Shown: positions 39,153-50,950 of the stretch, one piece after another
How positions within the stretch are numbered: position 1 is the stretch's first letter
How the letters are laid out: every line of letters starts with the position of its first letter
NCBI GenBank assembly: GCA_012026655.1
Contig: JAAILG010000010.1
Span: 124,001-188,000, forward strand
From: Hydrolagus affinis
Taxonomy: Eukaryota
Direction: 5' to 3'
Length of the DNA: 64,000 nt
Notes under the pieces: generated by a model
Told to the model about the DNA's origin: nothing
The model's input: only the letters and a program-made list of their open reading frames with translations
The model's database searches: none
Program-made: the position numbers and the translations under genes

Positions 39153-41172
39153 GTAAGATTGGATGTTCAAGCAGCCTTGCTTTATTTTCGAGCCGTTAGC
39201 AAAATTTAATTTCCTGACCTGGTGGTGCAACTGCTATGCCATTGTAATCTGAATATTAAAATTCACATTGATGCTTCTGCCTTTCTTTTCTCTGTTTCCC
39301 CCCTCCTCCCCCCAATCCCAATTCTTACGTCCTTATGTTGCACAAAACTGGAAATTGAAACAAAGATTATTTTGATACCAATATGCCTTATTCAAGATTA
39401 CTTCCAGAGATTTCGCCGCCGTGATAAATATTCCACCAAACACATTACAGTGTGAAACAAAAATCAAGCTTTTTTTGTTAAATTGCAATGGACATGTCAT
39501 ACATTTTTTATCAAAGTATGCAAAGCGAAAATGGGAAATATAAATACAGATATTGCTTGTGAAGTTATGGTATGTAAAGAGGGTTTCTTCGCCATTCATT
39601 GCAAATTTGTTGCGCTACCTGATCTTTGTACCTTACAAGGTACTATAACCTTAAGGTAGTGAAAGGCATTGCTGGATGAATTTGCGGCTCTTCTTCCTCA
39701 CAATAATCCAAGCCAGGTTAACTGAGATAGTTCCAATGTTTGGTCTGTTAAATACTATCAGTTTTCAAAGTCAAATGAGTTTGGATTAAATAGATAAAAT
39801 AAGATGATACACAAGTCTGTCACAATTGATGATATGGAAACTGAATAATGTAAGGGGTTTTAAAATGGTCAAAACATATTTTCTTGCATTTGATTATTTA
39901 CACTTCTGAAAGTTGAAAGTAATTCCTATTGTAAATCAAATTTGTGTCTCATTTAGGGAATACTTGCTTCAAGTCCAAGTTGAAATAAGCTGCTTACTGC
40001 GGTTTACATTGCATTGTAATTGTAATTAAAGATTAATTTGGATTGAAGCAATATTTAAAAATTTGCACAAAAGTGAAATTAGACCATTTTTTGACTCGCA
40101 TTTTTGTTGAGTCCATTTTAAGGACTAGAAATGTACAAGGAACATAGATTCCTATTAAAATGTTGCATTCATGCAAGCAAGTTGTAAACTAAAGCCACTT
40201 GCATTTATATAGCAACATCTGGTCTCGGCTTTGGAAAATGTAAAAATGAATGAGCATTACTTGTCTGAATACATTTAGGTTAGTTCTATTTATTGACTTA
40301 AAGCAACACCAAGAAGAAGTATCAAATTGAAACAAACCTGATGATGTGAGCAACTGAACAATGAACCATTTGCTCCAAAATCTATACAGGGCAACGTTAA
40401 AGTTGTAACTTGTTGCTTGGACCAGGTTTAAGCCAGGACACCAATATAAACTATCCTCTCTTTTTCAAATAGTGGCATAGGATCAATGCTTGCAATTCCC
40501 ATTTCATTAAAGAGGCCTGGGGGTTATCTGGCCGAAGTTCTGACACCACACAAGTGCATTGAATGGAACTGGAGATTTTTATAGAGAAATATTGTCTTTT
40601 ACTACAGAAATATGACATCCTGTATACATTGCTCATGCATAACTTGCACTCATCGAGCTTGCAATGATGCAGAACAAAAGTTGCTGCAAAATTGATTTGA
40701 ATAAAGTTTTTTTTAAAAAAAAGCTACAAAAGCAGTGAATATCTACTTTAGCCGCTTTTGAATATCAGGACAGTAGGTCTGTTACAAACCACTCTCACAA
40801 TTTGAGAAATCAGTGCAGTCTTCTATTTGTTTTTGGTGTAAACTTCACAATACCACCATTCATTACACAATTTATCTTCCCTGAAGCAAACTATACAGAG
40901 CCTCGCCCTGACCACCCCTCCCCCCAACTGAATAGAAGTTATTAATGTAAAAAAAAGTAGGAAAATTCCCAGCTGAATAACAATTTGAGAACCAAGCCTG
41001 TTGCAAATTGAATTATTTTCTAGTTTGGGATGGTTACTGTGGATTTTGCAATCTTTCTTTAGTGACTTATTAGTGATGTATTTTATATTTTCTTCATGTG
41101 TGAAGTGTCCTAGCACAACAAAGTGGGTCCTTGCTCCAAGCCAGAGCTTGCTAGTGGTGTTCTGCAAGTTTC

Positions 41173-41237
41173 CATAAGGGTTTATTGCCTGCAGATGCAT
41201 CACATTTTCATAAGGGTTTATTGCCTGCAGATGCATC
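41173..41237 (+). repeat. Local tandem duplication: 29 bp identical copies with a 36 bp period
   Basis: cataagggtttattgcctgcagatgcatc at 41173-41201 and 41209-41237. Confidence 0.95.
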
Positions 41238-42500
41238 CATCTACACTCTTTCCCTGTGGCCTTTGTCAATCCTTTCCCTGTTGGGGATTCACCTGGTGAG
41301 AAATTGTAGGTGCACATTTTCATCCTCAGTACTCAGATCTCAGGCTTCTCTGGCTCAGTCACTGCTTTATTAAATTTAAGCATTTGCTTGTTACTGTGGG
41401 GGTTAAGTAGCCGTGCAAAAAAAGGGGTCTTTGCCGCTGTGCCAAACAGGGCAAAATTCTATTGAACTGACATAACGCCTTGTCAGCTACTTTTCTATTA
41501 AAGTGAAGCTGGATTATAGATCATAAAGTCATAGTCACGTAATCCGGCTTCACATATGTGGTGCATATTAAAGATATTTATTAGTAAATCCAGTGGAGCT
41601 GTGCCAATCATTCCAGTCGACCACAGTGAAACTGCACAGATCCTGTTACTTTCTGTGCTGATTTTTTTTTCAGTCAATTAATCGATCGTCACTTAGGAGA
41701 CACAATGAAGCTGAATATCTACCCAGCTGTAGTGTAATACTGCATTATTGCACCAAGCACACAATTCAAACATTCTCAACTGGCTCTCAGTCTCTCAAAT
41801 CTGATGATTTTCTTGAGCCAGTTGTAACACTTGAAGTGTATAATCTTGATCCAGATATAAATATTCTCCAGTCTCTGCACATGTGGTATACGATTTCATA
41901 ACACAATGGTTTTGCATTCATCAGAATTCAGGCATGCGTTTTACTCCAAATCCCCAGCTGTAAGTGAGCGCTTATAAAACAATGGCAGGCGTTTAAAATT
42001 AAATGACATTCTGAAAGGAGTTATGGTTAAGTTTAGTGTCTCTGATTAAACAATAAATCTAGGTACTTCTGCATAATGCAAAACAATACCTGAATTGTGT
42101 AAAAAGAAAAAAAAGATCAAATTGATGTGTTTTTTTTTAAAACTGCACTGAGACTTGTAAGGTTATATTCCACATGGCAGTAAATTTAGCACACTTTGAC
42201 CATGTTGAACTTTGAAAGAAAAACCTAAAAGACATTGTCAGATTGTGGTAAACATACAAATTTCATCCCCTGCCTAAAGCTAAATGTTTTGTTTCTTCTG
42301 TTCTACATTTTTTCCCAGATCATAGTTTGTCGGTAAATTTTATTTGTGGAGATGTTCAGGTAGAATTCATTTGTGTGGTTGGATGTTCAGGCTTTTCCTC
42401 TTTTTCAAAACCTTTGGCTCATTGATCTATCGTTGCCTGTTCATTATAATTAGGTATGAATAAGCCCATTTAATATACAGTCAATCGATTTGTTTTACAG

Positions 42501-42644
42501 TGTTCCAGTGGCACCCTGGATTATATTCTCGGACGCTGTGAGTTAGCCATGAAGAATATGCAGAAAGATCCTGAATCTGGCAATTCCTCCCTGGTTTCAC
42601 TGGAACCTGCTATTGTGAAACAAACAGAAGAGATTCACAATGAG
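42501..42644 (+). CDS. FTO: FTO exon 6 (CSSGTLDYILGRCELAMKN...SLEPAIVKQTEEIHNE)
   Basis: 144 nt; acceptor ttttacag, donor gtaaaa; GTLDYIL and EEIHNE motifs at the start of the C-terminal domain. Confidence 0.97.
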
Positions 42645-43964
42645 GTAAAACCAATTCTCGGCACATTGATTTTACTTTTGCATGATTAATGGCGTGTTCA
42701 TTAGTATTAATGGCTCTGCAAAGGGCCTCGCAAAAAACAATATTGTAAGTGTTCTGAGTTAATTCTATTTGGGTATAGTTGTACCTCACTTGCATGTATA
42801 TAAATTGCCGAACGGCAACATGTCTGGGTAATTCATGAAAAGAAAATAAGTTTGTTCAGGCTTTAGGACAAGGTTGTCTTAAGGTCACACACAGATCCAT
42901 AGCATGAAATCTGACCGATTATAAGCTTTGATTGCTTAAACTGTGTTAGTTAAAATACTGTTGTGTGGTGTAAACTAAGGCAGCAGTCAGTTCATCTCGA
43001 AATCCCAGGAAAGTGTTAGAAATTGCCTTTTAAATTCAGAAACAATATATTTTATACATTACCTACCTAGGCAATTAAGCTGAAGATTTCTGTTTGTGAA
43101 ATTTTCAATATGTAGTAAATGGTGGATCCATTTTATTGTTAGCTCATTTAAAAAAATCTCTTTAATATGCAAGCTTTACAATTACTTTTGAGACTTCTAT
43201 TGCTAGTCTAAATATCTAATGAAACTCTAGGATAATAATTATTGTTGGGAATATGGAATTACAAAGTAATTTCAGTCTTATACTGTGTTTCGTTATTTTC
43301 GGAGCCAAAGTCACTTTGGGCACGGTCCTTTTGAGACATGATTTGTTTCTTCTGATGGAGTCCAAGGCAATCTAACATAATCCCATAGTAGAGTGAAGAT
43401 TTGTTGCTGTTTGTCAAACACTTCAGCGGACTACCATGTCTCAAGTTATGAAATGGTGTGAGGAAACAAAATGATTATGGGATGGGAGCAAGGAGCACTA
43501 CACCACAGTAGTGGTGCCTTACTGACTAATATCTCTGCAAAGTGCTTTACAGTCCACTTTTCTGAATACAACTGCAGTATAAAGTGACAGCATTTCTGAA
43601 CAGCGGTGAAATCCAGTAATATAGCTGTCTGAAGCATTTTTCAGGTTTGAATTGCTATGCTTGCTTCTGTTCAAATCATAAACCTCTTTATATATTGCTG
43701 TGTTTAAGTTGAATCAAAGTTGGCCCATGTATGGTGGTTAGAAAATATGACCAGAGTACAGACTTGCACTGAAAGGTCAACAGTTATTTCTGCAATGTTG
43801 GAAGTGACAGATTGGATTGCTTGTTCTAAGTTGCCCACGAGAGCCCACATTTTTTGAGCATTGATTTTATTGACTCCGGGCGGCTAACTAGGCATTGTCT
43901 TAAATATATATTTTCCTAACTTAATAATGTGTCCCAGTGATGGGCTTTGCAAAGATAGTTCCTG

Positions 43965-43991
43965 GTGTGTGTTTGTGCGTGAGTGCGTGTC

Positions 43992-44040
<49 letters not shown>

Positions 44041-44072
44041 TGTGTGTGTGTGTTGTGAGTGAGTGTGTGTGA
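43965..44072. repeat. Interrupted (GT)n microsatellite
   Basis: Read directly from the sequence. Confidence 0.97.
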
Positions 44073-45654
44073 GTAAGCGTTTGAATACAGAAAGCCAAAA
44101 CAATTACCTGGCCAACCTTCAGATAGTTGCAGCAATGCATACTAACACGCCATTACAGAATGAATTAAGCTATCAGTGCTGCTAGCAGATCATTGTTTGG
44201 TCAGTAATAATTTACTCTAAAATATATGATCTGGCAGGCTTGATTGATTGCTGGGCCTTTGAGCCAGCTGGACAATGCTTTCAGGTTTACGCCAACCTGC
44301 AGCTCTGGGGTTTAGCTAAGAGCATGCGAGCTATTGATTCAGTGCTCATCACGTACCACCTTGCAGTCCTCGGAAAATTGATTGAGTTTAGTCTGTGAGC
44401 AGTGCAATGTAGAAAAAACTCAGCTACTTAAATTGAAAGGGGTTAGTGCAGTTTGACTCTCGGGTCACCGTTGAGAATATTGGTCGGTACACACTCACAG
44501 CAAGGGTAATGTATGTTTCAGCATGTCAGAATAGAATGTCAGTGCAATTGGTAGTTGGACAGGTACAAAGGAAAGGAAGTATGGATTACCTGAGCAGGTG
44601 GCGTTCAGTTGCCAGCACTTCTAAATAATTGACTCTGGACACTAAATATGCACACTAAATGTCAAGGACTTTTGCACCTGACCTTCGATATTTATTCCGA
44701 ACTAAAAATTGGAGTCCTTGCCTTTAATCAGCGTGAGATGCTGTTGTCTGCGATGTTTAGAAAAACAATGCTGCAGCCCACTGAAAACAGTGACTGGGTG
44801 AATAATATTTGGAGTATAACTGAATGCATTTTCAATAGCCTTCACACCTACCTGCAGTCTAGCATTTCCGACAAACATCCTACGGTAACGGCTTACGTAG
44901 CAAATCACCAAAACTTTTCTAAATGAGTAAATTGATGCCAAAATAGATCTGTCACATTGAGTTGTAACAATTTTTGCAAAGCAGGTTGTGTGCGCCAAGG
45001 TACATTTTGTGCCTGGAGGTGAGATCAGCAATATTGACTGCACTGTATCGAGTGGTGAGCAATCATTTACCTTCGAAGGTTTGGGAAACGAAAGAATTAA
45101 AGTTGCAGGGAATCATTTCATAATTTATATTTCAAAGGGGAAGCACAAATAATATTGTATAGGTTCCTTTATCTCACGTAATACCTTTGCATCTTCCTCT
45201 TCTCCTCCTCACCCTCTCCCCACCCTCCAGGGGCTGACTGTTCAGAGATGTACGTAACTACTCTTGAGATCATTTCTCTTCATATTACTCTCCATCCCTG
45301 TAGGGAAATTGCCTGGCATTTTCTTTGTACTCCATCAAGGGACCCCTGAAATCAGAAATGCACAATGTTCTTGTTGATTAACAATGAGTCGGATTTACCC
45401 ATACAGCTGTCACTTTCTTATGATGATGCATACATCCAAACATGTATTTTTAAAATGTTGATTTGCAAGCACAATTTTGGAGCAATGGGAGTGTTTGTTT
45501 GGAATGCGATCCCTAATTGCAGGCAGTCCACGTGATAAATACTTCATAGTGATAATTCATACCAAGAGAGTGGCTGGATTGTTTTTCTAGCTTCAGTTTC
45601 TTATAAACTTGGTATTATCCTGAAGAGGCTGATTCATGCGATACTACAGGCACT

Positions 45655-45810
45655 GGCCATCTTACCGCTCCTCACCCAAGTGGCTGGTCTTCGTGTGTGA
45701 GGAATGACCACGATTATCAGGAGGTTAATCAACTGTGAGAATCATCAAAACCCCCAATCCAGTCTATCCTCAAACAAACAAAACCAAACAGCTCATGTCC
45801 ACACACATTT
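45655..45810 (-). mobile_element. Ancient SINE relic, AmnSINE2-like (family assignment from memory)
   Basis: ctcacccaagtggctggtcttcgtgtgtgag...catgtccacacac; a related plus-strand fragment lies at ~32180-32240. Confidence 0.4.
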
Positions 45811-45984
45811 ACATATTCACTGTGGATATGCTATCGGAAGGCTGAAATTTGTATTAGTAGCATTGATAGTGACGTTGATAATGGCAACTTATAAAAAGGA
45901 TGCCGCCCCAATGTAATTCTGCATCTGGAGAGTTGCTATATGTAACCCTGATGTTAGACTCATCAGGTGCTAGACTCAGGCTGT

Positions 45985-46330
45985 CAGACAGTCCAGGCTG
46001 GCACTCCAATCCAGTGCTTTAGGGTCTACCTCATTGTTGTAGACACTGTCCTTCAGTGAAGACATCAAACCAAGGTCCTGTCCATCTGTGCAAATGGACT
46101 GTACAAGTTGACTTTAAAAATACCAAGTGAGTTTTTCCTTTTGACCTGGTGAATATTTCTTCAAACGAATATGCAAATATCACTGGTCATCACCATTTGG
46201 TTGTTTGTAGGATGTTACTGTGGACAAATCGACTGCTGCTGCATTCACCCACAAAATACACGGTTCATCACGTGAACTGCTTTGAGACGTCCTCCAAATG
46301 TGAAAGTCGCCATATCACATATTATTGTTA
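45985..46330 (+). mobile_element. Degenerate Deu-domain SINE
   Basis: caggctggcactcca...gtccttcagtgaagacatcaaaccaagg...ctggtcatcacc...ctttgagacgtcc. Confidence 0.65.
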
Positions 46331-47971
46331 TGATTTTCCCAGGTGGAACCAAGGATAATCATGGCATCGGTGCTATTTCCTCGGCTAAGATCAACAATCT
46401 TAGCACAAAAAAGGGATTTGAGCTTGTGACTGCGTTACATAGTTTTCTGAAATTTTAACCAACTTTACCACCTCTGTTTACATGACAAAGAAACATTTGA
46501 ATTCCGAATTCTGCAGGCGCGCGCGGTTTAAAATTCCTTTCAGGCCACCCTGAACCAAGTACTGGGTGTGTCCAAAACGAACTCCCACCAATTTGACGAT
46601 AGACTTGAGATAAAAGTACTAGTTGTGCTATAATCTTCAACCAAAGCTTTGTGGACCGTGCTGCCAACCACATCTTTTCTGCAGCTGCATTGTTAAACTG
46701 TTTCTGCTTCGAAACCGTTACTGCAAACAGCCTGACACAGCACTCAAGTATAAACAGATTTTCAACAGTTTGATGTCTTACCCCAGAAACGCATCATTCT
46801 GTGCCAGAATTTACTGGTCTTCCAACCACTGTGCTCCCGAAATGGATTTCTCTTTACAGTGAAAATTGGCAAAGTGATAAAGGACCGTTGTCATCTTGTT
46901 AGGCACACTTTAGCGGCTTTCAGCTTGGAGACTTGGTAATGACCATTGATGCTATGAGATCATTGTTTCACTAATCACATTTTGCCATGATACATTCTTA
47001 AAGAAAATAAAAACACGTGCTAACTTCTGCTGCAACAGGTCGAACTCCAGGTCAGTGCCAGCTTGCATCGACTGCCAACGTGGCAAAGTTTTCCCCTTCC
47101 TTTCCTTGCCTCGATACTCTTCATTACAGTGACAACAGTTCACACATGCAAATGCACTTTCCCATCGTGCTGCCGTACCACGGTAATTACAGAATTGCGC
47201 TTTACACTTTACTACCACATTTCATGTCATCTATTTTTACTGTTTTTATTACACATATAACCTGCTGTGAAATGTTGCTTAACCAAGTCTGATTCATTCT
47301 TCACCCATCCGTATATACACGCACATACACACTCACACACTGTCCAGCAGAAATCACTGGTTCCTTTGGTTAGACGGGTGTCTAACACATGCAGAAAATG
47401 CTTAAGAGAAACCAAACTAATCTGAGACCACATGGCAACGTCTCTGCATCTGTAATAGAGTGCACACTCTCTCCCTAGAGCCATGCACCTTAGGCACTGT
47501 ACTGTCTTTACCTGCAGCTAAGCATTTGAAGGAACTGCATCTAATTTCTATTAACACTTTCTGCTCTGTCATTAACCGGAGCGCACTGGCTGGAAGAGCA
47601 GTGAAATCCGACCCAGATAGAAATGGTTATGGGGTAAGATCTCAAATTACTTAAAACACTTAATTCTCTGAGTGGAGGGTCATGCTTTTCACAACAACTA
47701 TTCTGAAGTGGAAGAATTTAAACAATGTCGCTGGATAAAAAAGAACCACTAGACTTCAAAGGAAATGACGTGTAAAGGTCCAAAGCTAAATATGGTGGGT
47801 TCAGGAGACCATATCAAACTGTCCTGATTCAAGCACTGGTGAATGCTGCCATTCATATTGGATTCACATTGAATTCACACTAGCAGTTGGTTTAAAACTA
47901 TACCATGGGGACTTTGTTGTAGTCTAGTCAGTGAAGTAAACACATTGGTATTGTTAATGCTATGCACTTTA

Positions 47972-48145
47972 TTACATAGAAACATTGGAATGTACCGTAC
48001 TGGAAAATACCTTTTCAGACCATCTGCAGTCCCAAAGTAATTCTCATATCTCTCACTTCTGTTACTCGCCAAATACCTGTCAAATTCCCTCTTCAAAATA
48101 CTGAGACAATTTACTTCCACTACCTCCCCGGCTGGTCTATTTCAG
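47972..48145 (-). mobile_element. CR1 LINE 3' fragment
   Basis: Minus-strand peptide VEVNCLSILKREFDRYL resembles the CR1 ORF2 C-terminus (VVEA.S...FK..LD.FL), followed by a short 3' UTR ending in tgtttctatgt. Confidence 0.6.
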
Positions 48146-48454
48146 TAGCAATAGGTATGGAATGAATGCACTCAAATTTTGAGTTAAAGAACAGAAAAAA
48201 GAACGTATCTAGGAAAACTTATTCAACTCATCAACTGTGCTGCTTCCACAGACCCAGTGAAACTAATAATAATAATAGTAACATTAACTTTTTTTTGTTA
48301 TATTATTAGCTGTATTTGTTTATGCCCCAGCAATACCATATCGCCATAACCAAGCAAAATAATCTTCCAGTAATCTGTGGTACATCATGCAAACTTGCAG
48401 GATTTTCATCCGAATGTAGATCTCAATGGTTATAGTATTTCCATGAGTCAGCAC

Positions 48455-48570
48455 GATATACAGTCGATTTCACTTTACAGTACATTGTATGAAGCTCTTT
48501 GAGACGTCTGGAAGACGTGAAAACCGCTATATCAAATGCAAGGATTATTATTGCAGTATTATGATTATTT
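48455..48570 (+). mobile_element. Young SINE 3' tail
   Basis: cactttacagt...ctttgagacgtctggaagacgtgaaaaccgctatatcaaatgcaaggattattatt. Confidence 0.88.
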
Positions 48571-48657
48571 AATAACAATCTGCTTATTTTGGAACCCCAA
48601 TGGAATAAGGTGCATGTTAGACCCCCCCTATATGTTTCATGACTTATTATTTTATGC

Positions 48658-49156
48658 CTCAGCGTGGCTCAGTTGGTAACATTGTCAACTCTTGTCACAG
48701 GTTTGTGGGTTCAAGCCCCACATTGGGATTTTGAGCTCCTAGCTCAGGCTGACATTCCAATCAGTATTTGGGGGGCAATTGACTGCCATGTTTCACCTAC
48801 AAATATACATTCAATTCACTTTACAGTATATTCTATGAAACGTTTTGAGACGTCTCAAAGACATGGAAAGCCCTATATCAAATGCAAGGAAATCATCCTT
48901 CAGATGAGATATTAAACTGAGGTTCCAAATGGAAGTGAAAGATCCTATGGCACAATTTAAAAAGAAAAGGGAGTTTCTCCTGGCGGACAAGCCCTCGGAT
49001 GAATTTAGTCATTCACTTCATGGCTGATTGTGGGCTTTCTCTTTGAGCTAATTGGTTCCCACACTTTCTTGCAATATACTTTGCAGAAACCTTTGGAAGC
49101 ATTTTGAGACATTCACTGTGTTTCAAAGTGCTGTATCAAAGTAAGGATTTCATTAT
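48658..49156 (+). mobile_element. Older Deu-domain SINE interrupted by a young SINE 3' half (48775-48892)
   Basis: Head gtggctcagttggt...gtgggttcaagcccca; the Deu domain resumes at ttcagatgagatattaaactgagg after the insert; it ends ~50 nt before exon 7. Confidence 0.78.
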
Positions 49157-49205
49157 ACAATGTGGATGATTAGTGGCAATGTAACAATGCTGACTTTCAT
49201 TGCAG

Positions 49206-49325
49206 GTGGAGTTTGAATGGTTACGACAGTTCTGGTTCCAAGGGAAGCGTTCAGCAAAGCAGACTGACTGGTGGTTTCAACCAATGGCAACTCTGGAGAA
49301 CTATTGGCGAGCGATGGAGCAAATG
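49206..49325 (+). CDS. FTO: FTO exon 7 ([40 protein letters not shown])
   Basis: 120 nt; acceptor cattgcag, donor gtatgc; [13 protein letters not shown] signature. Confidence 0.98.
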
Positions 49326-49868
49326 GTATGCGAACCGTCCCTTTTCTTTTTTGCCTCGTTGAGAAAAGCTGTCTTTAGTTTGTGTTGCCTTCCTACGCTG
49401 TTCCATTTTATAAATAAAACAACACTGTGTGGTTTAGACAGGATTGTGGCAGCATTGGATTATTTATTTAGTTTAAGCTGTACAAATACATTGAAAATAG
49501 AGATGGGCGTCAGATGGAAAGCTGAGTGCTGGAGCCCTTAAGCCCTTCACTGTACAATTGATGTGACATATCCACATGGCTCTGATTAGAATGATGATGG
49601 TGTTAGTATCTCCTTTCAACAGGCCTCTCTGATATTCTTCAGCCACCGTAAAGAGCGATTTCTAACTTTGAATACCGCTTGAAATGCTTCTGTATTTTTC
49701 CTGATTTGGGCTTTTAAGGGAATGCCTAGCAACATTTAAGAGAGAGACTGTCACCTTGGAGTCCGTTGCCCGAAGCTGGGCTGAGATCTTGCTGAGTCAG
49801 GGGCCTAGTTGGCCAGCTTTTTCCATGACTTAAAAGTCACCTGCAATGACTGATGCAACCCTAGAATT

Positions 49869-49887
49869 GAAACAGCAGGGGGCACTA
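49869..49887 (+). promoter_or_regulatory. Candidate CTCF site
   Basis: CAGCAGGGGGCACTA matches the CTCF core (CCASYAGRKGGCRS) apart from the first C. Confidence 0.5.
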
Positions 49888-50324
49888 TTGCACTAGCAGT
49901 GCGCAGCAGCCACAGCAGTTCGATAGCTGGGAAGCAGTTCATGCCATTCAACAGGAAGACACTGTGACCTATCATTTGTAAATGGCCTTAATCACATTCC
50001 ATTGCTGCGCAATAAATGAAACCGTAACATCGAGCTGAAATTTCCATGTATTGTACATGTTTGCAATGTCCCGTCTCCCCGTCCCCACTTCATTTAAAAC
50101 AATTCAATTACAGGGATTATTATTGTTTCTTTTAGTCAAGTTGATTTGCAAAGATGACAATGAACCTGACTTTATTCTGAAAAGACTTGCTTCATCTCCA
50201 TAGAGTGCTATAAATAGCCACGGTCAGTCCAGGGTGAGAGTGTGTTGTTAACTGTTAACATTTGCAAACTATTCAAGTTTCTTATTCTATTACTATTTTG
50301 CCCTTCGTACATTCTATAATCCTT

Positions 50325-50460
50325 AATCTTTCTTGAATTTGATATAGCTCCTTATCACGAGATGTTTCAAAGCGCTTCATGGAGTTTGTTGTAAAATGGT
50401 TGACTATATATTTCTGGACAAAATTCTGCAGCCGATTGCGCCCAACAGTATCCCACAAAA
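50325..50460 (-). mobile_element. SINE 3' half
   Basis: atttgatatagc...tcaaagcgcttca...gcagccgattgcgc...tcccacaaa. Confidence 0.8.
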
Positions 50461-50604
50461 AGGCGTTTATATATGTTCATGGAAGGGTAATTCTAACCAA
50501 TGAACCCACCTTAGTAAACACTGGACTGATTTTGCATTAATGTCATCAGGGCATGCCTAATTCCTCATTGAGAATTCTATATATACTATTACACATAGTA
50601 TAGG

Positions 50605-50950
50605 ATAATATGCCTCACCTATAAACCTCTTCACACTCTAGCACTTCCAAATCTCTTCAATCTCCACATGTGCCATTCCTCTGTTTGCCCCCTCAGCTCA
50701 ACTAATTCAGGCATCCTGTGCTTCGCCTACCCTTCCTTCTCTACCAGTGATAGCTGGACTTTCTGATTCAACTTTCCTCACCTCTGGAACTCCCTCCCTT
50801 GACCCCTCTGGCTCTTCTCTGCCTGTCTTCAAGTCCTGGTTTAAAAATCTACCTCTTTGACCTATGGTCCCCTCATACTCTTTCTCTTCGCCCCCCTCCC
50901 CTTCTGTTATTCTATGTGAAGGTTGCTGTATAAATGCAAGCCATTGCTGT
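50605..50950 (+). mobile_element. L2 LINE 3' fragment (ORF2 end plus tail)
   Basis: Pyrimidine-rich; encodes LTYKPLH.LA, P.LWNSLP and FKS...K.YLF remnants typical of the L2 ORF2 C-terminus; tail ctgtataaatgcaag matches the SINE tails. Confidence 0.8.

Noticed and set aside
40823-41323. 166 aa minus-strand ORF with duplicated MHLQAINPY
   Set aside because: The duplication is the 36 bp-period tandem repeat; no recognisable domain or splice context.
43884-44140. His/Thr-rich ORFs
   Set aside because: Translations of the (GT)n microsatellite.
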